NCBI GenBank assembly: GCA_965153285.1
Contig: OZ229116.1
DNA length: 64,000 nt
Direction: 5' to 3' (one strand)
Origin: Podarcis tiliguerta
Lineage: Eukaryota
The stretch's first letter is position 1, and the number at the start of each line of letters is the position of its first letter. This document shows positions 1 to 12,689 of the stretch, in pieces. Position numbers and translations under genes: made by a program. Under the pieces are notes generated by a model. The model was not told the DNA's origin. It made no database searches and was given only the letters and a program-made list of their open reading frames with translations.

Positions 1-470
1 TAATATTTCATTAGACACTGCTGACAGTGATTTCCAAAAAAGAGCTCTGTATACCTAAGCGGAAGCAATGTGCACCTTTTCCATGGTCCTATACACTGGG
101 TTAACCACTTCACTCTTTTGGCTGTATTTTCCTATTGACATTATTTACTTATCTCTGTGTTGCTGTTGTTATTTAAAGAATACCATGTATATAAGTCACC
201 GTTCTGGTCCATGGAAAATCACTGCTAATGTCACAATAGCATGTCCAAAAAACAAACAAAATCCTGTACCAGTAAAACCAATGGAAACAAAATTTTGGAA
301 AGTCTTTTTGAATACTATAACTCTGCCCACCAATCTAACTGATCTCAAAAGCCAATGGTATCAGCAGGGCCTCCTGAATACCTATTTTAAGGCACAGACA
401 GACTCATACAGGCAGTCATTCAAATAACCTGACTTCCAGCCACCTAGGGCTTTAAAAGTCAAAATCAGTA

Positions 471-717
471 AAGTGGACACTCAGGTTGTGAACGTGATCC
501 GTGCGGGAGGCACGTTCGCAACCTGCAGTGTTTGCAACCCGCAGCACCGCGTCTTTGCACATGCAGGTCGCGATTCGGCGCATGTGCGAAGTGCGATTTA
601 ATGCTTCTGCACATGCACCGAAACCCAGAAGTAACCCATTCTGGTACTTCCAGGTTTGGCGCGGTGCGCAACCCAAAAACGCGCAACCTGAAGCGTCTGT
701 AACCCAAGGTGTGACTG
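471..717. mobile_element. Tc1/mariner-type MITE (family B), degenerate left TIR
   Basis: Right end ...AACCCAAGGTGTGACTG followed by TA; body is similar to the intact copy at 58027-58279. Confidence 0.75.
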
Positions 718-1454
718 TACTTGAATTGAGCCTAGTACTGCATCAGTAATTAGTGGAACTGGTACAGAATCAATAACATATGTTCTGAGAACCTGGGTCA
801 AATGAGTACCCAAGCAGACATATTCTGCACCAGCAAAACTTTCTGAGTTGCATTCAAAGGCAGTCCCCTGTAGATATCACCTATGTGGCCTGGTTAGGAA
901 GAGCCATTCTTTGGGAATCACTAGTATCGCCTGCTTTCATTCATAGTTTGGTAATTAGCTGCTGTGTTACGTCTGTTCCACCAAATATTGTTATACAAAA
1001 TAAACTCCAGGTGGTGTATGACTATGCAAGCTTTTGATCTTAAGCATCGAAGACATTCTGTATAACCAACAGCTTGCAGACTTCTATACCAACAGAAACT
1101 GGGCTAGCACATGATGTATTTCCTCGTTTTGTATACCACACAAGAAAAACTAGTCTTCTGAGATGCAGCATTTTTCACAGGCACAATTTCTCTCCCTTTG
1201 CTGACTGAAAAAAAAAAATCCTTGCCACAGAATCTGTGTTCAAAGCCACAGTCCAAGAGACACAAAGATTGTAGTAGAATATGGCCCTGCTCTAATCTTC
1301 CATAATTGTTGGAACTCCTTTGAAAAAGACAACTTTTTGTTATGACCTTACAAAGTGGCTCTACTAATGCTCCTTAAAACAGAAGAGCCTAATAAGCACA
1401 CTGGCTGAGATCCTAAGGAGGAAGCAAATGTCGCTGAACAATTACTTCTAAGTA

Positions 1455-1645
1455 CAGTCATACCTCATGTTGCGTCCGCTTCAGGTTACGTCTTTTCAAG
1501 TTGTGTCCCGCAGAAACCCGGAAGTACCTGAACGGTTACTTCCGGATTTCGCCACTCGCGCAGAAGCAGCACTTCTGGATGCGAACACTTTGAGTTGCGG
1601 ACGTGCCTCTGGGACGGATTATGTCCACAACTCAAAGTTCCACTG
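1455..1645. mobile_element. Tc1/mariner-type MITE (family B), internally deleted, opposite orientation to the 471 copy
   Basis: TA then CAGTCATACCTC at the left end, GTTCCACTG at the right end; shares the AAACCCGGAAGTA core with the other copies. Confidence 0.7.
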
Positions 1646-1940
1646 TGATAATGCTCAAGCTTGATTTATTCCCAATTCCATCATGCCACATATTTCAAAT
1701 CCAATATTAATTTTACAGTCAGTATTTTTTAAATATTTAAATTTAATCCCAGCTAGGATATTGTGTGATGTATGCTGCTTAAGGCAATTACCACCCCCCT
1801 GCTAGATTTATTATATCCCACAGATTGTTATGAATAAACTTCCAAAGTCATCACGCACATGCAGCTAATAATTCAACTACATGCCCATGGACATACAGTT
1901 GTCTAAAAAAAAGGGAATATTCTAATGCTCCAGTACCTAC

Positions 1941-2057
1941 CCGTGGCTTCAGAGGTTTGACGGTGGAAATATCAGTTCCCTCCGCTCTCTGTCTGCTGGA
2001 GTCAAATGCTTTTCTTTTTTTATTAGCAGCTCTTTGGCAAATGGGAACATGCTTCTT
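1941..2057 (-). CDS. ZC2HC1A: ZC2HC1A coding exon 3 ([39 protein letters not shown])
   Basis: 117-nt phase 0/0 exon with ttgtag acceptor and gtaggt donor. Translation matches vertebrate ZC2HC1A as I recall it (KKHGPICQK...[22 protein letters not shown]) and supplies the H and final C of the C2HC finger. Later exons lie off the left edge. Confidence 0.95.
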
Positions 2058-2814
2058 CTACAAGTAGCAGAGGAAAGAAATGCAACATTTATATTTTGAA
2101 AGTAGGTTTCCTCCCCTCCTCCTCCTAGCCATCCCATCAAATATGCAGGGAGACATGGGAGGATAAAACTTATATGTATTCTTCGCCATCCCACCTTACT
2201 CAATAGTATAAAACAAAGTTGAAGTTTCAAATGCAAATCCATCCCATAATGTACTCAGAACCAAGGCTGCATTCATAGGACACTTTACTCTGTCTCCCCA
2301 ACATTTCCTTACCTTTATGTGATCATTCACATGATACAAAAGTCATTCCTGAAAATCTAGATGAAGTTCAGTGCTCATTTCCATATTAATTGTTTCCATA
2401 AAAAATCCATTTGCAACCCTGTTAACTTTGAAAATGATGAGTTTTGTGTTGTAATTTTCCTGCAATTTCATGGTCAAGGATTTTTATTTTTTTTAAAATA
2501 GTTTTATAAGTTGTGTGTCTTTGTTTCTCAATTTGATCTTTTTACATGGTTTTGTATGTTTTGTGGTGTTTTATGCATTGTGATTTGCTGTCTTGTTTTT
2601 TGATTATAGATTGGTAATTCTTTATTGTGGTTGATAAGTGTGAACTGCTTAATTATTACTTGCTGGTGTTTAATTTAACTGTTTACTATTAGATTCTGAT
2701 GGATTGTTGGAATGTTGCTTTGTGTGATATAAGTTGTTTATTTTAAAGTTATTGTGACTTTTATATTGGATCAGATTGTTACTATTAATGTTTGATGTTT
2801 TATCATGTTTTTAT

Positions 2815-2950
2815 GTGTTGTAAGATGCCCAAAGTGGCTGGGACAACCCAGCCAGATGGGTAGGGTATGAATAACAATTTATTGTTGTTGTTGTTGTTGT
2901 TGTTGTTATTATTATCATTATTACTACTACTACTACTACTACTACTATTA
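2815..2950 (+). mobile_element. L2-type LINE 3' end with compound (TTG)n/(TTA)n/(CTA)n tail
   Basis: TGTAAGATGCCCAAAGTGGCTGGG...CCAGCCAGATGGG is approximately the reverse complement of the L2 end at 26920-26975, and runs into a microsatellite tail. Confidence 0.6.
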
Positions 2951-3199
2951 CAACACAGCCACCCCACGTCTGAATAATATGGGCAATAAACCCCACGTCT
3001 GAATGCAGTCCATATTATTAGGAACAAAACCAACTATGTCTGTAACCAGTGATAACTGATTAAATGTATTTACAATTAAGTAGTATACAAGTTCCATCAA
3101 TTAATTAAATAAAAAAAATCAAATTGAAACAATAGCTTCACTTTTAAATGAAGGGTTAGAAAGGAACATGTTTTTAAGTCACCTGACTTTTATACTCAC

Positions 3200-3276
3200 T
3201 AATGCATTTGGGAAAAAAGTCCTCCCACAAATCTTGCATGGTAAAAGATCTTCAGCTGGTCCCACACTTCCGTTAT
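3200..3276 (-). CDS. ZC2HC1A: ZC2HC1A coding exon 2 (DNGSVGPAEDLLPCKICGRTFFPNAL)
   Basis: 77-nt exon with tttcttttaag acceptor and gtgagt donor. Phase 1 joins exon 1 correctly; contains the CxxC of LLPCKICGRTFF. Confidence 0.95.
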
Positions 3277-4309
3277 CTTAAAAGAAACACAGACATACAT
3301 TATGGCATTGCAATTCCTACTTAACTCTTAATCTGCAATTATATTTATGCTTTCTGTAAATTGCTAAAAATTAAACTACAAGTCAGGCCTTAATTATAAT
3401 AGAGCTCACAGGAGTCATTCATAAAATTGCCTGCAGAGAGTGAAATGATCTACATTTCTCACATGGGAACATTAAAAGTTTTTCCTCCCATGAGCAGGAG
3501 TAGAAAACCTGTGAAAATCTATGGTCTTTAGTGATCTAATTATTGATTGGGACAGTGACCCTAGTTTCTAACACTGAAATCCTACCATTATAAAATGGAA
3601 TCAATCAGTATCTGAAGAACTGCACTGCTGTGTAATATTTTGGAGGAGCTGAATAAAAGAGGCTAGATATGCAAGAAATTGTCTACATCAATAAATAATT
3701 TTTAGCACACAACTCCACCAAGCAATACACACATTTAAAAAAATTAAACTATGGGAAGAAACAAGGCCTATGAATGAGGTGTTGCATAGTGCATAGTTTT
3801 GTACATTGAATAAGACCGTGTTTTCTGTTCAGCAGAAAACAATGACTAGATAAGCATTCAAATCTTTTTGTTCCTTTTAAATGAAGCAGCATTAAAATCA
3901 ACTATACTAACAGCAAAGAAGGCCACAGTCCTTCATCGGTATTTCAAGCAAATGTCTAAATATTACTATTCACCCCAGCCAATATAAATAGCAAAAAAGA
4001 GAAAAAGAAAAAGCTTATCATCCTCCTTTTACATTTCATTTATGGATTCTGTATTGAGATTGCCAGCAAAACTCTAGATACAGGACGATCCTTTTCTTGA
4101 GAAGATTCCCCCCCCCAATAAAATCACTCATTAGATCATCATCAAGTATTAGCCAAATTCCCAATTAAAATTGTCTGTGACAATGTACTAAAATATTGTA
4201 CCAATACACAATAACTATATCAGAACCACATATTATAAAAGTTCCTCTGCTGAGAAACCTCTTAAAGGGCAGGAAACTACAAGAAGGAAGCAGCTGGACT
4301 GGAATGACT

Positions 4310-5152
4310 TATGGTATCAGTTGTCTCTATACCAGTGCACAGAGAATGGAAAACAAACAAGATGAATTTGAGCCCTCAATACAGGATGACAAATATGATC
4401 TAATAGGCATTATGAAACCTGTTGGGATGGCATTAATGACTGGAATGTAATAATTGAGGGGTATATGGCCTATACAAAAGAAATAGCCCAAACAGGAAAG
4501 AAGGAGAAGTAGCATTATATGTAATGGATGTGTACAGTTATGAAGAAATCCATGACTTAGAGCAAGGAATGCAGTTTGAGAGTGCATGGGATAAAAACTG
4601 TAGGAGAAGGAAACAACAGTGACCTTACTGTATCTGCTATAGACCTCCAATCCAGACTAAAGACTTGGATGATACCTTCCTACAGCAGATTACCGAACAT
4701 TCAAAAAAGAGAGACAAAGTAGTTGTGGCAGACTTGAACGGCCCCAATACTTGCTGGAAGTCAAACTCCGCCAAAAAGGTAAAGGGACCCCTGACCATTA
4801 GGTCCAGTTGTGACCGACTCTGGGGTTGCGGCACTCATCTCGCTTTATTGGCCAAGGGAGCCGGCGTACAGCTTCTGGGTCATGTGGCCAGCATGACTAA
4901 GCCGCTTCTGGTGAAACAGAGCAGTGCATGGAAACGCCGTTTACCTTCCCGCCAGAGCGGTACCTATATATCTACTTGCACTTTGATGTGCTTCCGAACT
5001 GCTAGGTTGGCAGGAGCAGGAACCGAGCAACAGGAGCTCACCCTGTCGCGGGGATTCGAAACGCTGATCTTCTGATTGGCAAGTCCTAGGCTCTGTGATT
5101 TAACCCACAGCGCCACCCGCCTCCCTTAAATTCCTCAATTGCCTCACTGACA
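4310..5152 (+). mobile_element. Degenerate CR1 ORF2 endonuclease-domain fragment, interrupted by a Sauria SINE
   Basis: Broken translations CLYTSAQRMENKQDE..YDLIGI, DDTFLQQIT..VVVADLNGPNTCWKSNSAK and, after the SINE, KFLNCLTD resemble the CR1 APE domain. Confidence 0.75.
4775..5125 (-). mobile_element. Sauria SINE, full length
   Basis: Reverse complement of the 8844-9191 copy; tRNA-like head (GGGAGGCGGGTGGCGCTGTGGGTT) and ACCTTT tail. Confidence 0.92.
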
Positions 5153-5795
5153 AGAGCAGCAACTACTCACCAATGTCAGCAGTGGCACTGGCTCTCTTCT
5201 CTTGATAAAGAACATCTCCCACCCCCACTACTTCCCCATAGATTAAAGAGCAGAGTAAATGACAGCATCCAGGCCAGGAGGACAGGCAGGTCCTGGCATC
5301 TAGTCTTGATTTGATGTCAGTTAGAATCATTACAAATGGGGCTCAAAGGAGCTACTGCCCTCCCTTGCCCATGTCAGTGCTGGTTCTGTTTTGTGCTAAT
5401 AGCATAATGACAATGTACAGCACTACAGAACACTCAACAAATAGTGTTGTATTGTTGCAGCCATACTACTTTTTTTTCATTCTCCCTATATGAGTGAACT
5501 ACTGTTCTTGGCAGATGGCCAATCAACTACAGCTGTATTTACAAAAAAAGGGGGGGGGGAGTAATCTATTAGGAAATTGAATTATTTCCTTTGTACTTCA
5601 ACTGAGCAACAGAAAGGGAAAAGTCATTCTGTTTTAAAATGTACAGAAACAATTACTGTCTCATTTTTTAAAATTAAATAAAGTAGGTTTTTAAAATACA
5701 AATAAAAAGACCATCAGAAAGAAAAGTTGCACATTCTCATAATCTAGAACCCTCTAGACATACAGCCACAGGGTTTCCTCCCTATGGAAACTGTT

Positions 5796-5796
<1 letters not shown>

Positions 5797-5831
<35 letters not shown>
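5797..5831. repeat. (ATCA)n microsatellite
   Basis: Tandem ATCA run. Confidence 0.9.
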
Positions 5832-5832
<1 letters not shown>

Positions 5833-5891
5833 TTTTATTTGTATGCTGCTTTTCCAAAGCCCAAACCATGCTCAAAGTGGTTCACAACATA

Positions 5892-6103
5892 CAGTGGTAC
5901 CTTGGTTAAGAACTTAATTCGTTCTGGAGGTCTGTTCTTAACCTGAAACTGTTCTTAACCTGAAGCACCACTTTAGCTTATGGGGCCTCCTGCTGCTGCC
6001 ACGCCGCCTGTTCTCATCCTGAAGCAAAGTTCTTAACCCGAGGTAATATTTCTGGGTTAGCGGAGTCTGTAACCTGAAGCGTATGTAACCCAAGGTACCA
6101 CTG
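5892..6103. mobile_element. Tc1/mariner-type MITE (family A)
   Basis: TIRs CAGTGGTACCTTGG / CCAAGGTACCACTG with TA on both sides. Confidence 0.9.
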
Positions 6104-6401
6104 TACATAAAACTACAGGCGCAACAAAGTAGCCATAAATAAATAAACACTGAAAAGTACACAACCAAATTGAACTATTTCCACATAAGATACAACAAAT
6201 TAACAGCAACAACAGCAACAACCTCCACCCAACAAAACATGCTAAATAATGCCGCAGCCCAATAGTCTGTTCACCATACTCAGCTTTTGTAGCTGGAGTC
6301 AGTCAAGGCCCTGCCCTCCCAGACCACGTGGGAAAAGGCCTCCAGGGCAGGGAGCAGGTCTTCTAGGACGCACAGCCAAGATGGTCTAAAACCCTGGAGG
6401 G

Positions 6402-6992
6402 TTGCTGCTCAGGAGAGCGAGGAAAATTCTTAGGGACACCTCACACCCTGGCCAGCACTTCTTTAATTTCCTACCTTCGGGCAGAAGGTATATATACAGA
6501 AATATAGTCAGCTGCACCAACAGGTTAAAGAACAGTTTTTATCCGTGGGCTGTTGGGCTGCTGAATGGGAAAAAAATAGTGGTGTAATTGACTTCTGACA
6601 AGCAGAAGAAGAAGAAGAAGAAGAAGAAGAAGAAGAAGAAGGAGTAGTAGTAGTTTGGATTTGATATCCTGCCTTTCACTCCCTTTAAGGAGTCTCAAAG
6701 CGGATAACAATCTCCTTTCCCTTCCTCCCCCACAACAAACACTCTGTGAGGTGAGTGGAGCTGAGAGACTTCAAAGAAGTGTGACTAGCCCAAGGTCACC
6801 CAGCAGCTGCATGTGGAGGAGCGGAGACGCGAACCCGGTTCCCCAGATTACGTGACTGCCGCTCTTAACCACTACACCACACTGGCTCTCAGAGCACAAA
6901 CAAGACTGAGTGTATGTGTGTGGGGAAGGGGTTTAATTTCACTGCACACAGGAGTGTAGTGACAATAAAGGTTTATTATTATTATTATTATT
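6402..6992 (+). mobile_element. Rex1/Babar-like LINE 3' fragment, interrupted by a SINE
   Basis: Translation ARKILRDTSHPGQHFFNFLPSGRRY..TNRLKNSFYPWAVGLLN resembles the Rex1/Babar C-terminus; ends in TGACAATAAAGG plus (TTA)n. Confidence 0.75.
6604..6890 (-). mobile_element. Squam3-like tRNA-derived SINE with (TTC)n tail
   Basis: Minus-strand head GCCAGTGTGGTGTAGTGGTTAAGAG with GGTTCGCGTC B-box-like motif; near-identical to 36234-36520; (GAA)n on the plus strand. Confidence 0.85.
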
Positions 6993-8223
6993 AGCTATAG
7001 GGACTAATGGTATGACTCAGTATAAGGCCACGTCCTAAATTGCTAAGACAAGCTGACTTCATGCCATAACTTTTGCAAGCTTGAATAAGCTTCTTTATTT
7101 AAAGTTAGCTCGATGACACTTTATATTTAAGCACTTTCCTAGGAGGCACAGGCAACCTGGAACTGCATGCATCCTCCCTCTGCAACCTGCACAGAAGTAA
7201 AAGCTGGCTTCCAGAGGAGGGAAACCCTCCACTCTGCACCCAGCATAGAATTACAGCATGGTGCTGAAGGAGTCTCTAGTATTATTGTTGTTGTTGTTGT
7301 TGTTATTGCAGGCTAGTAACTTTTGTGTGTTTATTTACACGGCTGGATTAGACAATCAGTAAGATCCAACATCCTGTAAGCCTTCATTGAGAGACTTAAC
7401 AAAGAAAGAGAGGGCGTGGAGGTTAGGTTTGACTCAGGTTGGCCATACCAGGAAGTCTCACAGGCCTTTATTATCAGATATAATAGCAAAGAAATTCGAC
7501 TTCACATTCAATCTGCATACAGCAGCAGGCCACCAGAGCTGTTAATCCACCTTTACTTCACATAGCAAAGCACCACTTATCATCATCATCATATAACATC
7601 CTATATTATAATTCTGATACATTTATTCAAGTGCCATCACTTACACAACCAAAATGATATTAACTACGCACAAGACTGATGCATCGGGTATGGAAGAATA
7701 TCTAGCCTTGCAGAAGCAGCGTAACAGTAACAGAGTGTGTCTACAAACAGCTCAGCCGATTGTCATGGGTAGTGGATCAATGGCAGCAATCTTGCTACTG
7801 CGTGCTCTTGTGAGTCTATACAAGATCAGAAAGAAAAGGTATCACTGGCCCTATTCCCTAACTATCAGTGGTATTTAATTATGCATGTAAGCTTCAAGGC
7901 ATTTTCTGATATTTGTCTTTGCAACATGAAGCAATTCACCTCTCAAAGAAGTCCTGGAAAAGAATATACAAAGAATGACACAAAGATCAGTACTTGGAAG
8001 CTGGCTTCCTCATACTGACCTCAGAAGTGTTTTTCAATAAATATGCTGCTGACACTTCCTGACTCAGCTATCAGTAATCGAAAATATAATTAATGGGAAC
8101 TCATCTTTCCTTTGTGTATATAATGAAGGAAACTGTTTGGAATGGATAATGATAAATATTCTATTGCCATTCAATCCTGCATCTTTATTTATCATCTTTA
8201 CATACCTTTCAGATATATTCATG

Positions 8224-8434
8224 CAGTGATTTTTTCGGGGGGAGGGGGCATAGGGGTACGCATACCCCTAAACATTTTGTGAATCTAATGGGAGAAGAAA
8301 CTAAAAAAAGTTTCTTCTCTAGCACAGAGAATTGTCAGTTCCGTTGCTACCCCCAATGGCAGCCTCGTTTCCTGAGTCTCAGACAGAATGAGAGTACACC
8401 TAAACATTTTTTTTTTGGGGGGGGGGAAGTACTG
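8224..8434. mobile_element. Non-autonomous hAT-type element (CAGTG-ended family)
   Basis: Perfect 8-bp TSD TATTCATG (8216-8223, 8435-8442); ends CAGTG...TACTG; subterminal CCTAAACATTTT blocks. Confidence 0.8.
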
Positions 8435-8843
8435 TATTCATGTATATGTCAAGCATGCATACCAATTACAATACAGTATATGGATTGGACTCCAATTCAA
8501 CACTTCAGGAAAATGCTGGTTAGTGGTTCTGTGTTCCCTGTTGTAGTTTGCTCTGAATGCAGTTGTTGTATGCTAAATAAGTTCAAAAGACAAGGTAAAA
8601 ATATCTTAAATAAATAAAGACTGGAGATGCAATGTACTAGAAGGCAAAGTTGAAGGTCAGAAACTGAGAAAGCTTTGAATAGATGGTCACATTAAAAAAA
8701 CAGGCCAACTCCATAGCATCCTTAAACGACTGTGACATTTAACAAGTACAGTAGTGACCTAGATAGCAAGGAAAACCAGACAGAAAAAAGAAGTACAGTG
8801 GTATTGTAACTTTCATAATTATGCAGAATGTATCTTTATTTAA

Positions 8844-9191
8844 GGGACGCGGGTGGCACTATGGGTTAAACCACAGAGCCTAGGACTTGCCGATCAGAAG
8901 GTCAGTGGTTCGAATCCCCACAACAGGGTGAGCTCCCGTTGCTCGGTCCCTGCTCCTGCCAACCTAGCAGTTCGAAAGCACAAAGTGCAAGTAGATAAAT
9001 AGGTACCACTCCGGCAGGAAGGTAAACAGCATTTCCGTGTGCTGCTCCGGTTCGCCAGAAGTGGCTTAGTCATGCTGGCCACATGACCCGGAAGCTGTAT
9101 GCGAGCTCCCTCGGCCAGTAAAGTGAGATGAGCGCCACAACCCCAGAGTCGGTCATGACTGGACCTAATGGTCAGGGGTCCCTTTACCTTT
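8844..9191 (+). mobile_element. Sauria SINE, full length
   Basis: GGGACGCGGGTGGC head, GGTTCGAATCCC B box, CCTTTACCTTT tail, perfect 13-bp TSD TATCTTTATTTAA. Confidence 0.95.
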
Positions 9192-10282
9192 TATCTTTAT
9201 TTAACTTTCACAATTGAGCAAACTGGTGTTAAAAAATGAGATATGAAAGCTAGGAGCTAAATGGCACCTTAAACCTAGGTTATGGGCGCAACAACAGAAT
9301 GTCTAGGTGTGCTTTTTTAATAACAATATAAAGCTGAAAATGAATGAAAAGCAGCTAAAGTATGTTAATTTTTCACATGCTCTAGTCCTTCCTCTGCCCA
9401 ACCCCCTAAAATTATTAAGAGGGTCTCTTCTCCAGTCTTCAGAGAGTAGCTGGTAAGCGGGAAAAAAAGGTCCTCCTTTCCTTCCATTCCAGTTTTAATC
9501 TGAAATCTTAGGCGCAGCACTGTGCCCAGAGCTCAGAAACTGCTCGCGCTAATGAAATTCCCAGTCACAAAATGAGAACAATGAGAGTTTTGAACACTGG
9601 AGCAAAGAGATGCATTTTCTATTGCCCCTGAATAACAATTTGTACTTACTGCAATTTCTTCTTTTACAGAATTATTAAAAATAAAGAGCTTGGAGGTTTT
9701 ATTTATAATTAAATAGAACACAAATACAGCCGAATAGATAAAACACACACGAAAGCCCTGTTATTTGCATGTGGTTGCATCAAGTGGAGACATCTAGTCT
9801 GGACCACATGATGCCCTCCAACTGCTCTTGGATTACCACTCCCAGCATGGACAATGGTTAGGGCTCATGGGAACTGTAGTTCAGGGACTCAGCTATACAG
9901 CCGCAAATAAAACATTTTAAGTGTGTTGTAAAGCGCAATACACAAATGTAACACTAGATGGCGATGGTGAGCAAAGGAAAATTCAATATATTTTCCAAAA
10001 CTTTTTTTTAAATGCATTTTCACAGCGTTTTTTATATGTGTGTAGATTCCAGCCAACAATGCCTAGAGGCCATTGGGTACCATGTTCTTGATGGAAAGTT
10101 GCTTTGTTAATTTTAAAACATAAAATATATTGTGTATATCCTGGTTTGATCACCATTTTGTGCCATAAATTCCTCATATTACCTTTGCTTTCTCACACTG
10201 CTATGACTTATCAGCTACCCTGATAAATCAGTTTTAGTCATCTTACGCCAATGAACACTTACGTAAATAAAAGGGGGAGGGG

Positions 10283-10521
10283 CATTGGGGAAACCTCAGG
10301 TTGCGGACATAATCTGTGACGGAGGCATGTCTGCAACCCACAGCATTCACATTCTGAAGCGCCGCGTCTGTGTGATTTGGCGTTTCTGCGCATAGCGTGA
10401 TTTAGCACTTCTGCGCATGCGGCGAAACCCAGAAGGAACCCGTTCCAGTACTTCCGGGTTTCCCACGGTCCGCAGCCTGAAAATACATAACCTGAAGCAT
10501 CCATAACATTAGGTATGACTG
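10283..10521. mobile_element. Tc1/mariner-type MITE (family B), diverged
   Basis: Right end AGGTATGACTG plus TA; body similar to the 471 and 58027 copies; left boundary approximate. Confidence 0.7.
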
Positions 10522-12689
10522 TACAAGACCTTACCACCCAGTGTTTAATTCCCCATGGTTAATTAGTCCATTCTACATAGACATATATTAAAGAACTGGC
10601 ATTTTTTAAAATAAAAAAAAAGTTTGAAGCAATATGCCTAATAAGCTCTTCATACAATCAACACCAATAATCTGCACAAATCTCATATTAAGATAAGCTT
10701 TATATTTCAACACGCATGAATACCCTACAGAGTAGCAAGTCTCTAAGGAGAAAAGTAAAATGAGATAAATCATTAAAACAGTAATGATCTATGGCAAAAC
10801 TGCTTAACAGATTACTGCAGAAAGCACTAGTCCAATTACCTGCATTTCTTCAACAGGATTAAATTTTCGTCTGTTGTGCTACCATCTTTTTAAGATTAGT
10901 TGTATTTCTAGTTATCAAGAGGCCCTGCTTGAGTTTGCAACCTAGGTGTTATCCAGCTGGCAAGTCCCACAAGTTTTTTAAAAACTAAGAAATTTGACAC
11001 ATTCCATAAATAGTCTATTGTAATTTCATTCCCAGAAAACTTCAGCACCATTTTTTTTAAGGAAAAGTACTTAAGGCTGTTCTCTAATCCTAGATTCGCA
11101 GACAGTGGTCAATAAAGGCTGAAAGAATGAGGAATAGCAGAATCCCTTCTCTAACATTAGCTACTGGTGAATAATTTTCTAGGGCACAATATGAAGCAGA
11201 AGATCCATGCTCCATCAGTCAGAGCAGTCAACGCTAGACTAGCCAGAACAATTATATTCATCACTACAGATTAAGTACTTTGTCTTTTAAAGCACTTACT
11301 GGGCCGCCTGCTTCCTTTCCACACCATCCCATTTTGTCCAATGTTACCAGGTCCCCTTTTCTCATGTCCCAGTCTTTCCTATCACATTTTGGTTGAATAG
11401 ACAGCACATGAGTGTTTTAGTTGACTGAATATTTTTTTAAGCAGCATAACTCTGGCAAAGAAGCTCAACCCCTAAGAGTGCATCGCTGTAGCACAGATCA
11501 TCATGAGTATGAGCAACCAAGTCAAGAAAGAGAAAAGGTGGGCATCTGTTTTCTGAAGCCTGTGAGAAACTCATTGTAGAATACTGAAATATACTGCTAG
11601 AAGATTGCCAAGATACAACTCCTGTAAGATGCCCCTTGTAGCTTGTTATTGCCAGCTATTACTTGTTGGATTTGCTGCTAGATCTCTTATTATCTACTAC
11701 CAGGGTAGCGTTATTACTACTACTGCAGGGTAGTAGCCAATGCTCTGGTGTGACGGAACCATGTGGCTTTACTTTCCAAGTGTTGCCTCTGTCCTCTTCC
11801 CTTTGGGATCTCATGCCCTTCTCTTAACCTGTGTTTAAGTGCATTGAGTGGCTGTATGGTGTGATGGTGGTTAGTCATGCTGCTGACACTTTTCTGTATA
11901 ATAATGACGTGTGGTCTGTATTTAAAACTGACTAGTATAGGTGGCAAGGATAACAATGGAGTGTGCACACATCACTTTACATCAGTGCAACAAAGCGTTC
12001 TGGGAGCCTGTAATGAAGCCACAATGCTAACATCACTACGGCCACCTCTCCAATACAGCTCCATGCAAATCTTGCAATAACTTACTTTATTGCAACAGGA
12101 ACAGAAACATAGCTGCCTTATCTTCAATCAGGTCATTGGACCATATAGCTCAGAACTGTTTGCACTAGCAGCAACTATCTGGGGTTTCAAAGAGGAAACA
12201 TTCCCACCCCTACCTGGATAATGAATTTTGGACTTTCTACATGCAAAGCAGACACTCTGCCACCCTTTATTGTAGCTGCACACTTCAATCCTCAGTTTTC
12301 TGCAACAACCTACTACAGAAACATTAAAAGTATAATGCTACAAAAATGTGCTTATCGACAATGTGAAGCAAAGGACTATTTATGGCCTCCCTGTCAGGGG
12401 ACACCCTTAGCTAAACTTGAGCAATGTGGTTGTGGCAGCAATAAACTGAAGTTTTACATTAACGTTCTTAAAGAGATTGGAATGCAGTGTTTCATTAAAT
12501 CATGAGTATTTTGACTCATTAAGATGACTTCCCTGATTTACACATATACACATAATATATTCATCTTAGCCACAGGGGAGGAATCATCAAATATAATCAC
12601 ACTTTTCTCTCTCTCTTATGCTGGAGGAAAGGTCTCTGTTAAGGTGGTGTTGCTGCTGCAAAAGATGCATATATCACCTAAAAGCCAAG

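Noticed and set aside
1-1940. ZC2HC1A exon 4 (PEPPKKPSNWRRKHE-like)
   Set aside because: Searched by eye on the minus strand and not found; presumed to lie outside the window.
2480-2815. Strongly T/G-skewed tract
   Set aside because: Low-complexity sequence running into an L2 3' end; no independent structure seen.
5892-6103. CRISPR-like short repeats (TTCTTAACCTGAA, GTAACCTGAAGCG)
   Set aside because: These are internal subterminal repeats of a mariner MITE in eukaryotic DNA, with no regular spacers or cas genes.
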